DNA of 63,988 nucleotides, filler included, from Dimargaris cristalligena (Eukaryota), in NCBI GenBank assembly GCA_003614675.1. It is 3 parts of 3 records of this genome, joined end to end, with 100 filler letters (N's around TTAATTAATTAA, not from the genome) between each part and the next. Parts side by side here need not be neighbours in the genome. Positions count along the whole stretch, not along the records: positions 21,765 to 43,416 come from ML002657.1; 2 more parts are not named here. One strand, written 5' to 3'. The position numbers and the translations under genes were made by a program. Under the pieces are notes generated by a model. It saw only the letters and a program-made list of their open reading frames with translations, had not been told where the DNA came from and ran no database searches. Positions 26,048 to 38,616 of the stretch are shown in pieces. How positions within the stretch are numbered: the first letter of the stretch is position 1; the number at the start of each line of letters is the position of its first letter.

Positions 26048-28711
26048 TCACTGGGGCCGTCCAGGGAAAAGTGGGATACCCGATAAGGAAGAGGTTGAAG
26101 GAGGGGCATCCGCGTGGCCGGCTGACCAGGTCAGGGGGAGTTGTGTAATTTGGGGATTGAGTGATGGTGCAGCAGCCACGGAAGGAAGCCGAGGACCGCC
26201 TCCTGGATTCGAGGTGGGAGGGGGAGCGGCCAGACCCGAGGGAGAGGGCCCAAATGGGGCCGCAGCGGAGTTGAGATGGGATAGCCCCATAAGGTGGGGA
26301 GTGTTGGGAAGCCCGGCGAGCCCAGGTGAAGGTAATGGGGAAAGGGTGGAGGGCCCTAATATAGTGGAACCGGCGAGCAAGTACCCTGGGGGTGGATCTA
26401 GATAGGTGGTGATATCGGCGCTACTTTCTGGTCCGGCCATGGTAGTATCAGTCTCCGCTATTATATGAGCCCGGTGCGGATTGGAATGAGTCCCCGCTAG
26501 GAGGGGGTCAGCCAACGATATGCCCTCGTCGGGCGTGGGTTCGAGTGAGGAGTAGTGGGAACGGGGGTCATCGGAACTGGGAAACGGCACGGAGGCCATG
26601 GTGCGATCGGGAGACACTAGCCGGCTTAGGTCCGCAGGGCCATCCCCACCGAGAGCGATCCCAAAGTCCAGCACGCGAAGATAGTGGCCAGAGACTTTCC
26701 ATATGGGCTCGGTATGGGCTAGAGCGCAGTTCAGCTGGCAAATGAGTTGGTGGTGTTCTATGGCGCGATCCGGGTCTATCCGGTCGGCGTACCCGATAAG
26801 GAACAGAGAGGCGTGGTAGAAGGTAAACGGAAGAAAGGGACTGAGAAAGCGGCGGTCCATCGTCACCGCCAAGCGGGCAATTTCGCTGACGGTGCTCATG
26901 GCTGAGTAGCAGCGCATAAAGGACTTGTTGGAGTCGTTTTGGTCGCAGGGAATAGTGGGGTGGGCATTGGCGTCATCTTGGAGTCGGGTACGATAAAGGA
27001 ACATGACGATAGTATGGTAGTAGGCGTGTAGGGTGAGGATAAAAGCACGGCGGCGCTGGCCCTGACCACCGTCCCCCGCCAGCGGGTCTACGGTTGGTGG
27101 TTCGGTGTCGTCGTCGACGTGGTGGGGAAACAGCTGCAGGTAATCGGGCAGGGAAAGGGCCCAGGAGGCCAGGGCATTCTCGAGGAGGCCAAACTGCATA
27201 GCCACATGCGTACCGTGCGAGGAGTAGAAACGCACCGACCGATTCCGGATGCGGAGGATGTCACCTAGGAGAGTAATTAATTTAATGAAGAAGGTGTCGG
27301 GTCCGGGGGTGGCCTTGCTGCGTAGACTGGCGAATTTGTCACCCCCCTGGGATTCGATAACGGACGAGATTTCATCATGTTCATATAATTCGGTAGTCTC
27401 GCCCATGTCCCCATGCCAGTCGTAGTTGGACTTGGGCAAATAGAGGCAGATTTCGCGTTCGTCAATGGCAGGACTGTAGCCCAGACTGAGGCTCCAAAGC
27501 CGGTCGGACAGGAAACAGGTCCAGAAGATACGGCGGGAGTGTTCCACACTGGTGCGGTCGGTTGGAAGGTCGCGGGCCATAGGAACATTGGCACCCGCCT
27601 CCCCATCCAGCACATTGAGACCCAGGCCCAGGGTTAGCCGGGTTGCCTGGCCACTGTAGTTCCAAGAACGGTATAGGTTAGCCTGGGCGCTTTCATGGTA
27701 GGCCATGATTAAGAGGGCCTGGATCAGTTCGAGGTTGGAGTGATGCTGGTAGGTCTGGGCAAGGTTGGCCTCAAAAATGGCGCTATAGTGCTGGGAGCTG
27801 CGGTGGCGCTGGGGATCATTGGGGTCCAGAAAGCGGGTGGCAAATGCGCAAATACTACTGACTAAGGTGATGGACGCGGTCAAGGTGGATGAATGTAACA
27901 GGGTGCTGAGTGGTGACGAAGAGGCGGAGGGCCGAAAGGTCGGTTGGTTTTGGCGAATGGTAGCCAGGGTCGAGTGGAGAAGCTGCTCGTCAACCATGGG
28001 CATAAAGGCGTGGGCGAAGCGGAAGTAGAGAACGAGCAGGGAGTCGACCTCGGGTTGCAGAAGCCAGTCGGGGCTGAGCCGCTGGTAAAAGTCGGGCCAC
28101 CAGGTGGCGGGGGTGGGGGCGGAGAGGGCGCGGGGGCTGGCCAAGTCCGGATAGGCCGGGCGGGGAGCGGTTACTTTGGGAAAGAAGGGGCTGCGGTAGG
28201 TCAGGCCAGAGGTGTTGCCGAGGTTGAGGGAGCAGTTCATGCGCTGAATGCATTCTTCCAGGTTCTTCTCCATGGTGAGGACCATGGCCTGCCGCCGAGA
28301 AACCAGGCTGGTCTCGGCAGGGGGGGAGCGAAGGGGGGCAGGGGGTCCAGCGGACTCGGAGGAGGAGGAGGACGCAGACGAGGATAACGAGGTGCAGGGC
28401 GGTTGGAGAGAGAGGGGGGGGACCGCAACGGCCGGGGCCTTGGGCAGTGATGGGGGCGGGGCGACCGAGGTGGGGGGCCGGCCGTCGGCGGCTGGTTTGC
28501 CCTTAGTAGGGGTTTTGGCGACTTTGCTGGAGTTGCCGGTACGACTTCGGCGGCCCCCGCTATTGTAAACGCAGGGCATCTGCTGGCGACGGCAGTTGCG
28601 GCAATTGGGGCGCTCGCCGTCGCAGCGGACCTTTTTGCGGCGACAACCGTCGCAGGCCTGGTTCAATCGTTTCCGCTTGGGGGCAGCGTCGGTGGAAGTG
28701 GCCGGTGGCAT
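26048..28711 (-). CDS. Zn(II)2Cys6 binuclear cluster transcription factor with fungal TF domain
   Basis: 887-aa ORF with ACDGCRRKKVRCDGERPNCRNCRRQQMPCVY, followed by IQALLIM, LGLN and RRIFWTCFLSDR. Confidence 0.93.
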   Translation of the reverse strand: MPPATSTDAAPKRKRLNQACDGCRRKKVRCDGERPNCRNCRRQQMPCVYNSGGRRSRTGNSSKVAKTPTKGKPAADGRPPTSVAPPPSLPKAPAVAVPPLSLQPPCTSLSSSASSSSSESAGPPAPLRSPPAETSLVSRRQAMVLTMEKNLEECIQRMNCSLNLGNTSGLTYRSPFFPKVTAPRPAYPDLASPRALSAPTPATWWPDFYQRLSPDWLLQPEVDSLLVLYFRFAHAFMPMVDEQLLHSTLATIRQNQPTFRPSASSSPLSTLLHSSTLTASITLVSSICAFATRFLDPNDPQRHRSSQHYSAIFEANLAQTYQHHSNLELIQALLIMAYHESAQANLYRSWNYSGQATRLTLGLGLNVLDGEAGANVPMARDLPTDRTSVEHSRRIFWTCFLSDRLWSLSLGYSPAIDEREICLYLPKSNYDWHGDMGETTELYEHDEISSVIESQGGDKFASLRSKATPGPDTFFIKLITLLGDILRIRNRSVRFYSSHGTHVAMQFGLLENALASWALSLPDYLQLFPHHVDDDTEPPTVDPLAGDGGQGQRRRAFILTLHAYYHTIVMFLYRTRLQDDANAHPTIPCDQNDSNKSFMRCYSAMSTVSEIARLAVTMDRRFLSPFLPFTFYHASLFLIGYADRIDPDRAIEHHQLICQLNCALAHTEPIWKVSGHYLRVLDFGIALGGDGPADLSRLVSPDRTMASVPFPSSDDPRSHYSSLEPTPDEGISLADPLLAGTHSNPHRAHIIAETDTTMAGPESSADITTYLDPPPGYLLAGSTILGPSTLSPLPSPGLAGLPNTPHLMGLSHLNSAAAPFGPSPSGLAAPPPTSNPGGGPRLPSVAAAPSLNPQITQLPLTWSAGHADAPPSTSSLSGIPLFPGRPQ

Positions 28712-29830
28712 ACGAACGTATGAGGGGGAGGGGGATACTGAAGAGCGTTAACTAGTACTAGTGGAGCGGCCAGACTTGGCCGGGGAGGGCGGGAGGGGCC
28801 TCAAGCGAGCAGTCAACCAAACTACCCCACGCGCCCAGGGCCGTTGAAAAGGGAGTCGGGAAGTCGAAAGGGAGGGTAGGGACGAGAGGCAGGAGAGGGT
28901 AATGGACAGGAACGAAAAAGCCAGGTAGTAATGGAAAAGGACAGGCGGGAAAGTTGAAAAGAGAAAAGGGGGGGTGTGGAAGCGAAAGAAAGGGAAAAGA
29001 GAAGAACAGTGGGGTACAGAACTGAGAGGAACGCAGGCTGGAATTTCGCAAGCGGCAATATGGGAGGGAAGGACGAGGGAAGGTGTACTGGAATGGAATG
29101 GGTGGTGGTGGTGATAGTGGTGTGTGTCTATTATGTCTGTGTGTGTGTATGTTGGTGGTGGGTAGGAGAGAAAGAGAGAGAGAAGAGATATGGGCGTGTC
29201 AGAGTAAGTAAGTACATCGCATACAGCATACACAGACAACAACAGACAGACTGGCTAGATATACTACCATCTCTGTATGGCCTTCTTATATGCATATATG
29301 CGCCAGAGCGGGGACGCGAGTTCTCAAGGGCTCTGGTAACGACCCCCCGCGGCTCGGGAACGGGCCTCGTCCGTCGAACCAACCGTTGCCGCTTCTTAAT
29401 CCTCTGGATCGACCGATGGGGAGGGGAGGGATTGCCCAGCTGGAGGCCATACCACAACCACAACCATAATAGCTCCGTCCGCCAAGCGCCCACCCAACAA
29501 CTTATGGCTATTGTTCTCCCTACTATTATATGATGATGGCTCCTATTCCCTATATGCGGTGGGGCCCTCTCCCTCCCTATACCCTCGGCCCTGGATTTTT
29601 TTCGCCCCCTACTTGGGCCACTGTTGCTCTTCCTCGACACCCTCTTCTTCTTTCGATTCCCTCACCCCCTTTACCTTGTTGTGCTGCCCATCTCGCTTGT
29701 TTACCTCTTGGTTTTAGTCTGTTCCTTTTGTTGGTTGTCCGTCAGTTGTCTGTTTTATTCCATCCCAAGCCGTTTCCCCTTCTCTCGCTCTAGCCACTCT
29801 TCCTCTCCCGCCGTCAGTCTTGTTGACGCA

Positions 29831-32800
29831 ATGAGCGGAAACAAGTCGACCGACACCGACGAGCCTGCCACCACATGCTGGGGCTGCCGGCGCCTCATCG
29901 ATGAAGGCAGCGTAGTCTCGTTTGGTGACGGTATTTGGCACATTGATTGGTAAGTACTCCCCCCCTCCGCTTTTTAACCCCCCCTCCTCGTTCGGCCTAT
30001 CCCCGTTGACCGTTTAGGCGCTTGGGTAGATAAACATGGTGTAGTAATATACCCTACCTACCAGTCCCTCTTGGTCCGTGACGTAACCCCCCTCCCCCCA
30101 TCCATACCCGCCTGGGAGGGAGTGTCAAGGGAGAGATGATGACCATCTCCCTATGCCCTGAACCGGATAGTGTATCCCCGACTGCCTATTGTTTAGACCA
30201 ATTATTTTGTCTTGCGTCTCTGGCAGTAGTTGTAGTATTAGTAGCAGTAGTAGTGGCCTCCTGCCGCCGCCGACTAGTCTAGATTTAGACGGCCCGTGTA
30301 ACCACACATCCCGAGGAACCCATTCCAACCTACTCGCCGTAGTGGGGGGCCCTCCTCTAGACTCGCCCATGTGTATTTCCTTTTATTAACCACCAGACCC
30401 CCCGGTCTCTCCCACTCTCACCCCCATGCTTGCTATATATCCCCTCCCTCCTCGTCCTTCTCCACCACGCCCGAAAAAACTCTGGCCCTTCTGCCCCAGC
30501 TTCCGTTGTTCAAAATGTGAAAACCTAATTGAAGGTGATGCCAACCTACTCCTACTGGCCGACGGTTCACCCCTCTGCCAACACTGCTCATATACCTGCT
30601 CGATTTGTAATCAACCCATTTACGACGAAGCCATTGTCACGGGTGATGTCTCATACCACACGGAATGTTTTCGCTGTCTTATTTGCCACAACCGCATCGA
30701 GGGGTCATGTTTTGCCAAGACCACCCAGGGTATATTCTGTATGAATTGCTTCAAGGAGCGCAAGGCCAAAAAACGAGCCGCTCGGAAGAAAACTAAAGAC
30801 ATGCACGGCCCGGAAAAGTCCCTTCCCGCCATCCCCATTGACCCAACTACCGTAGCCCCACACCCCAACAGCGCCATTGAACTGACCCGTCAGAAGCTCG
30901 AAGCTAATACTTACAAATCCATCGCCACCAGTAACAATACCACCCATAGTAATATTAATATGAACCCCAATGCCGTTCCGCCGAGTTCGGACACTACCAA
31001 ATCCCCCTATGGCCCCTATCCCGCCGAGGAGATGGCCGCGCTCAACACTAACCCCGGCGCCATGCCGAATGTGGAGGCTATCACGGCCATGGCGGCTCGC
31101 CTGCGCTCCCCTGATAAAGACGATCTGCCCGCGCTACCCGGAAATAAGTACCCCGACGAGACTCCGCCCGACCCGGCGTCCCTGCCGCTCCTGCCCGAGT
31201 TTTCCTTTGACGGCTCGCGAGGGGGTAATTTCGAAACAGTAGCGAAATTATTCGCCCGCGCCTCGCTGATGCCCCTACCCCGCGACATCCGTGGCCATAT
31301 CCCGGCACCCGCCGGTACCGATGGGTCTCAGTCAAACCATGCGCTACCCCATGGGGACAAGGACGGTCAGGAATGGCTCAAGCAGGCCACCCCGCTAGAA
31401 TTACAATACGAGTTAGTCTATACCCAGCAACGCTTGGTCGCTGTGGAAACCAAGTTCCACCAGTTACAGTCGCAGCACGAGGGGGCCCGGGCACGGAATG
31501 AGACCCTGCAAAAAGAGCTTGCCGAGGAGGGCACCACTCGCCGTCAGCTGGAAAACAATCTACAGCGACTGCAAACCGAGTACGAACAGTTGCGCTACCG
31601 CTTCTTGGACGCCACCCAGACCAAGATTTCGGGCCGCGACTCCGTGGAGGGGCCGCACCCTGATTCACCCACCGCCCACCAGGCCGCCACCCTCCAGGCC
31701 CTCCAGGCCACCGTCGCCCGTCTGGAGCGGGAGAAGGCTGATTTAGAGGCCCGCCTTCCGGCTTCATCGCCTACAGGCGATATGTCGGGAGATGAGCCAC
31801 TGCGTCCATCCCACTCGGCGGTTTCCCTCCACCCGCATGATATTGAACTGGCTCGGCGACGCTCCACCTCATCGTCCGTGTCCATGGGTCCGCCCCACGC
31901 GGGTGATGCCGGCAGCCTCGACTCATCCTTCACCGGGGGGTCCGCCAACCCGGTCTTATACGCCCATGACCTGGCGGTTCCATTGTCGCCACGGACCCGG
32001 GTGCAGCCGTCCCCGCGCGTCGGCCCCCATGGCCCCGCTTCGGCGGCTGATGGAGAGGCCATCCAAAAGGTCATTACCAAAAAATTCAAGTGGAAGGGCG
32101 CCGCCGTCTTCGGCAAGAAGAAATCCTCTCTGGACACTGCCAGCACTGACTCGCTCACCGGTGACGGGGGAGCTCCCGGTGCTGGTTCCATCAACCCGGG
32201 AGAGGGCCAGTTGGATTCGACTGAGACGGCCACCTACCCTTCGGGCCGTCAGATCTCCCACCCGTTCAACGCCTCCCTGTCCAATAGCAACACCCTGCCC
32301 ACCCGACCGGTTCATTCTAACGCAGGCGGCTCCACCCCTCGTTCGGTACCCGCCTCTCCCTCTATGGCCGACTTCTCACCCGCCCTATCCGCGGCCCACG
32401 CCAAGCACGCCGCGGTCGCTGCTGCTGCCGCCGCCGCTGCCGTCAAAGCCCACGCCAATGGTACGACCGGCCCGTTTTATCGCTCCATCTCCGGACCCCG
32501 GCCTTTGCCAAAATTCATTACCCCTCAGGAAGCCATGTCCATTGATCGAACTATGCATCCGGTGACGGCGTCCCCCAGCCTTTCTTCCACTTCAATTAGC
32601 TCATCGGTAACCGCCGTGGCAGGGACTCCTGGTCCCGGCTTTGGCAAGTCTATCCCGGCCACCCACCCGGACTCCCCTGCGGCCGCGGTTTCGCTTCGCA
32701 ACCACACTTTCCAGCCGCAGGCCTTTATTCGGCCGGTTAAATGTGATTTGTGTGCCGATAAGATCTGGAACCTGCAGGTGAAGGACCTCCGATGCAGTAG

Positions 32801-34595
32801 CTGTAACTACAATTGCCACGCTAAATGCCTGCTTCAGGTACCTCCCAACTGCCCTGGGGCCGATTACGCCAACAACCACGTGCCCCTTAGTGGTAACACT
32901 TTATACTTACACCAGAATGGCGTCCTGGCTAACGGTTCTGGCTCTCCCGGACCGTCGCCCATTATCCCAGTTGGTCAAATCACCGCCAACACCAATGGGG
33001 ATGGCCAGGACGTTATGTTCGGCTCGAGTCTCTTGAAAGAGCTGGAACGGGAGCAACGGGACGTGCCCTGGATTATCCAGGCCTGTGTATTGGGAGTCGA
33101 GGCCAATGGGTTGAAGATGGAAGGGGTTTACCGACGGTCGGGGCCCGTTAGTGACGCCCGGGCCCTTCACCAGCAAATCCTCCAAATCACTGCCACCGGG
33201 GGACACCGGTCGGGCCACCCCATGGCCACTCCGCAGCTACGCTGTGAAACCGATGATGATGTGACCACTCTAACCGGGATTTTAAAGCAGTACCTACGGG
33301 ACTTGTCGGAGCCTCTGCTGACCTTTGATGCCTACCCCCACTTCATGGAGGCGTACCAGCTCCCTGATCTCGAGTCCCGGTGTAAGGCTATGCAGCCTAT
33401 TATCCATCAGCTTCCCCACGGCCATCAGACCACCATTCGCTTCCTTATGCGGCACTGGCTCAACATCCATCGCGCGGCTGCCTACAACAAGATGCCGTCC
33501 AAGAATCTGGCGGTCGTGCTCGGCCCGAATCTGATGCGAACCCGGGATAATGATTCAGGAACGGAATTTATGGATATGAGCTCTAAGAACGGGGTAGTGG
33601 AACTCCTCATTTCCCAGGCCGACCGTTTTTGGCCGTCTGACGAGACCCTTCGGTCCAACCCGTACGTGGACACCCACCTTGAATCAGCGGGGGGTGGAGG
33701 CCCCCTGTCTCCCAATGGCTCTCAGCCGAGCCCCACCAACTCCCTACTGCTGCGTCGCGCATCCACGGATGTCGTATCGATGGGTCTACTGAGCGGGCGC
33801 CTGGATGCGTCGGCTCTGGCCTCTGCAGGCCCCGGAGGTAATGTAATCCCCGATGCGTCCCGGGCCCACCACCGCCACTCAGGGTCCGCCCGTACCCGCA
33901 CGTCATTAGATACCCTGGGTGCTGGAAACACTCGCAACGACTCTCGTCCGGTTCCCGGCCGTGCCCCCTTTGCCGACCGCTCCGAGGAGGGACCGGATGG
34001 CCCTAACTCCTCCGCTGAGCGGTTCCCGAGGCCCGCTGGCTACACCGGGGACCCCATATTCCAATCGGGATCGTCATCTTCGGCCTCTTCGTCCCCCGCA
34101 CAATCTCCTCAGGCGGTCGCAGGCCAGAACCATCCTGGGGGAGTCTCCGCACCCCCTTCGGCGTCTGAATCGCTTTCTTTTGTAGAAGGTGGTTCGATGC
34201 ACAAGCCCAAATCCTTGGATCTGCCGCCCGGTGGCTACCCGGTCACACCGTCCATAGGCCCGATGGGGCACCCACATCGCCGCCCCCAACAACCCCACGG
34301 GCCAATGATGGGGCACTCAGGGCCCCCTATGCGGCCCTATTCGCCCGGCCTGCACCCGGCCATGAGCTCCCCTAACATGAATCCGCACACCTATAACCAG
34401 GGTGGCAACGGCTACCATCCTCCCTCCGCCGAACCCCGTCCCTACACCTCTTCGCAGCAGCAGCACTACCAGTCCTACCCATCGAATCCCAGCAAATCGG
34501 CCATGTCGTATCAACACCCCCATATCAATCAGTCTGGCAGTGTGCTCTCACCTACCTTTGGGCCCACCAAATTCTCGAGCCGAGGCCGGTCCTAA
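29831..34595 (+). CDS. Rho GTPase-activating protein with 2 LIM domains, coiled coil, C1 and RhoGAP domains (Rga1/Rga2-like); exons 29831-29949, 30500-34595
   Basis: CWGC..WHID|CFRCSKC..LCQHC and CSIC..YHTECFRCLIC..FCMNC (LIMs); HTFQ..CDLC..CSSC...CHAKC..C (C1); MFG..VPWII..EGVYRRSG..LKQYLRDL.EPL..NKMPSKNLAVVLGPNL (GAP with arginine finger). The intron splits a Cys codon TG|C in phase. Confidence 0.92.
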
Positions 34596-35877
34596 CGCTT
34601 ACCACGGTGGTTGAACCTTACTACGGCTTCCCATTGCGTGCGCTGTGCTAGCGAGCAGGGGCGTCGAATACTATAACACTGCACGGACTATACATTTCCC
34701 GCTCCCTCTCTTTTGTTGTCTCCAGCCTAGTTGAGGGGTGTTCCCTCTCAACCCTTGACGAGAGTTTTCAATCTACATTTCTTTTTTGTTGTATAACATG
34801 GGAATAGCCCCCTCCCCCCTCCTCCTTCACCCCCATTTTCTCTGGCATTTTATCCTACCCTGATACAGGCGTCTAGTTTGTCGCCATGCCTTTCATTCCC
34901 ATTTTTTATTATTTTTTTGCACCATCACCCTTCTTTTCCTTAGCATTGTCTGTTGTCTATTCGTCTCGCTAGTTTACGCCTCTTTATGTCATACGGAGTC
35001 ACTCTGTCGCTTGAATATCGCACCTGCTTCTCCAACCCTTAACGTACTATACATTTTCATAATTCCGGTTCATCAGTGAACTTTGTGTCTGGTGGTGGCT
35101 GCCCTGGTCGGGTCCCCAGTTCATTTTTTATAATCTATTTAATAATTTAAATTACATTTAAGTGTTCCTTAAATTTATAGTTTCCACCAGCTCGGTTCGC
35201 GTGTTTCGCTTGGTTGTTTGTGACCTCACTTCACCCCCTCTGCCCGCTATAAATATATAAATATATACTTAAAAATATCCGAAAGGGGGGGAAGCAAGTA
35301 TGTTTGAGTACAGGGAATGTCACTCATAGGTTTACTTAGGGGAGGTATCATTGTTGATAGCGGGCCGCATCAACAAAGTGGATTCGGTGGGTAATTAAAC
35401 CCAAGCATGGCACGCCAATTGAGGGTATATAATGCCATATGTGGCATTTAAGGAGGTGCGTATTGTTGTTGGTACCAGGGATTTCCAGGGGTTCAATTGA
35501 GTAGGAGGGTAACTTGGCTGTTATCCTGTTTGAGCCTTACAGTGTAGATGCGGCAGCAGTCTTTATGCCCAACTATTCCCACCTGCTGAACCTTAAGAGA
35601 GAGATCCCTCTCCCCACTCATCCTCCACCCAGCTGTGGAGACAAAACCGAAAGAATGCGTGGTCGGTAGTATGGCTGGATACGAGACAACTCACCTGTCT
35701 ATCCTCCCCATTCCCCACGCCTAAAATGGGGTCACCAGGTTCCCCGAATAGTCTCCAACAGAATCAGGCTGCCTTTGGTTCCCCCTCATCTCTTCGCCCC
35801 GTATTTCTACTTTACACGACCATTGGCACCAAGGTTGGGCTATTTTTTCACTAATCGACTATCCTGCCTATTTTGGG

Positions 35878-36907
35878 ATGCAAATACCTCGGGACCTGGC
35901 GAAATGGAGGGAGGAAGACTGGTACCAAACTGTACTGGCCGTCCTCTTGCTCTTCTCGGTCATCGCTAGTCCGGCCAGTCTTTGGCTAGGTTCACCATAC
36001 GGAAAATTAAAGGCCTCGTTTAAAAGTACTGTGATACTCCTCCATCTATACGTTGTATATGCCCCCTTTAATTGTTCGACATGAGTACGCGGCCTATTGT
36101 CTGGTTCTCGGCCAATCGCCCAGCCTTTGAACCCCAGTGCCCTTTGACTAGCTAACCTTAAGGCTTCTTCGCTGTATTGACTGTATGTTCTGTGGTGTGT
36201 GTCCTGTAAAAAAAAAAGTCATACGCCCTATCCCGTTTAGAACCTGGATGGTACCAGGCAAAGCCGGCTGGGTGGTTATGGAGAGTGTATCCCCTTTAAC
36301 GTACCTTGCCTGTCTGTTGATTCCGAACGGCGGGAGCGGAAGTTCCCCGTATTCCCCGGCAGCCTGGCTGTTTGCGACTCTATGGACAGCGCATTACGTC
36401 AATCGGGCGTTTATTTATCCGTGGCGCAGCCCATCCCGGTCCCCTATGAGCAGCTACGTAGTTCTATTGGCGATGCTCTTCAACTTGCTAAATGGGTATG
36501 CCAACGGCCGCTGGGTGGCCCGGTTCGGGACTTACGACCCCCAGCCGTGGCGCACCATGCAGGGACTCGCTGGAATTCTCTTATTTGTGGCAGGTGGTTT
36601 GGGTAATGTATGGGCCGACAATCGACTGCTCGAGCTCCGTCGACATAGCTTCCCCACCGGCGCCGAACCGCGGTATCGTATCCCCCAGAGGGGACTGTTC
36701 ACCCTTGTATCCAGCCCGCATTACCTTTGCGAACTCGTTGAATGGATGGGCTATGCCTTGCTCACCAATGCTCCGCCCGCCTGGCTGTTTGTCTTGGCCA
36801 CCGCCGCCAACCTTGTACCCCGAGCCCTCCATAGCCATACTTGGTACCAAAAAACCTTTCCGGCCTATCCAGCTAACCGTAAGGCCATTATTCCGTGGTT
36901 ACTTTAG
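35878..36907 (+). CDS. 3-oxo-5-alpha-steroid 4-dehydrogenase (SRD5A/DET2-like); two exons, junction between about 36018 and 36241 uncertain
   Basis: Exon 1 has SPYGK. Exon 2 has PGKAGWVVMES, HYVNRAFIYP, FNLLNGYANG, YRIPQRGLF..VSSPHYLCELVEW.GY, NLVPRA..H.WY...F..YP..RKAIIP. Confidence 0.85.
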
Positions 36908-37179
36908 TGGCAATGTGGTTAATTATTATTTTTTGGACGCCCCTGCCCAATGCTGGAAATAATCACAAAGTGGTACGTATGCCGCTTTAATAAACGCTGG
37001 CCTATAACTAGGGTTTTTTTTATTGAGTTAATGAAAGTAGAAGGAAAAACGGCCGCAGACGAGTTGGTAAATGTGTGAAAAAGCTACCTAGTACACACAA
37101 CAGGGAGGGAGAGGGATACATATGATGGTTACTAACTAACAAAGGAGAGTCCGTTGAATACGGGCCCAGTGAAATCAGT

Positions 37180-37740
37180 TTACACGCGCTCTTCTTCGGG
37201 CTGCTCCACAATGGCGGTGTAGTGAGTGCGTTCAACGTCGTCCAAAGAGGCGTGGTCGCTCTGGACCAGGCAGTAGAAGGACCAGGCCACGACGGTAAAG
37301 TAGATTTTAATGGCCAGGAGGACTACCAAGACGGGGAACACGACCAGGGCAGCCTTCCAGAACTCATGGAGGCAAGTCTCGTAGCCAATGCCAAGACCAG
37401 GCTTCTCGTGAATAATTTGGCAGACTCTAGAACGTCCCTGGGGCAGGAAGGCCAGGATAAGAGTGCCGAAGAAGCCCAGAATGGAGAGCACGGCGCCTAC
37501 CCACATGTAGAGACTAAAGGCCAACAGTTGGTTGGACCGGTAGCGCAACGCCCCGTACAGGCCAGCCGCGGACACCACCAAACCGGCGAGGTTAAAGAAC
37601 TGGTATAGGAAGGGGTGCGGACGGGTCCAGTCGAAAAGGGCAGCGAAGTGGACGATGGTGAAGAGGCCTGCGAGGACAATAGTGCCCATGCGAAGGCTCA
37701 GCACGCGGCAGCAACTATTGACGGTGGGTAACTTGAGCAT
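37180..37740 (-). CDS. Four-transmembrane protein of unknown function (tetraspanin/LAPTM-like layout)
   Basis: 186-aa ORF with N-terminal SCC..LSLR.G, four hydrophobic segments, GLYGA, and a Cys pair in the loop between TM3 and TM4. Confidence 0.75.
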   Translation of the reverse strand: MLKLPTVNSCCRVLSLRMGTIVLAGLFTIVHFAALFDWTRPHPFLYQFFNLAGLVVSAAGLYGALRYRSNQLLAFSLYMWVGAVLSILGFFGTLILAFLPQGRSRVCQIIHEKPGLGIGYETCLHEFWKAALVVFPVLVVLLAIKIYFTVVAWSFYCLVQSDHASLDDVERTHYTAIVEQPEEERV

Positions 37741-38616
37741 GGTGGACCGGGGAAAAGTTTGGGTGCGAATTACAAGGGGTACTATATACTATTACAACAG
37801 GGGATGGTCAAGAGAAATGGAAGGACCAAGAGTACGATGGAAGGAATAGTGAATACTGCGGGAGGGGGGGGGAGACTCTCTTGTGGTATATATATATATT
37901 GTGAGCGGCGACGTCACCCATGAGTAATGTAGGCTTGGCAGAAATGAACTGTGGCCAAAGAGTGGAAGCGAGGCCACATGTGACCTGTGTTGTGCCCCCT
38001 CCAGCTGGAGAGAGAGCTTTCGGGAGGAGGGCGGGAGAGAGAGAGAGGGAGCCCCTCAATGAAGCCCATTCATTCGAAAGGCGCCGCCGGCCCCAGCCCA
38101 GGTCCCCCAGCCCTGCCCTAGTCTGGGGCCTGTTCATTATATTCCTAAGGGGGGGATTGTTGAACTTATGTATACGCACATCTCCGGCTATACCCAAAGG
38201 CCGATTCAATCCATAATCTCCCCCTTTACTATACATACCATACTACTACTATAATAACCGTGCATTTATATTTTTATTGATGAATATATACTACACATAT
38301 CCATACACCGCTACGTACTAAAACATATATATATATAGGTAAATTTGTATCGTTTAAAAGAAACCATCTGCTATGGAACGGCGCTAAAAGAAAAATAGCT
38401 ACAATTGAAAATATAAACAGTGCCCCGACTAATTGGGCTCTCCTTCTTCTATTCGGTATATACATTCGGAATCCGGTCAGACTTCTCGAGCCAAGACCCT
38501 AATAGACCAACGAAACCCGACTAGATGTGCGAAAATCAAAACGAAGTAAACTGTTTAAAAGTCCCGACTGGGAAAAGAACAGGTTGTCTCAGGCCATTGC
38601 AATAATGGCGGCCCCC

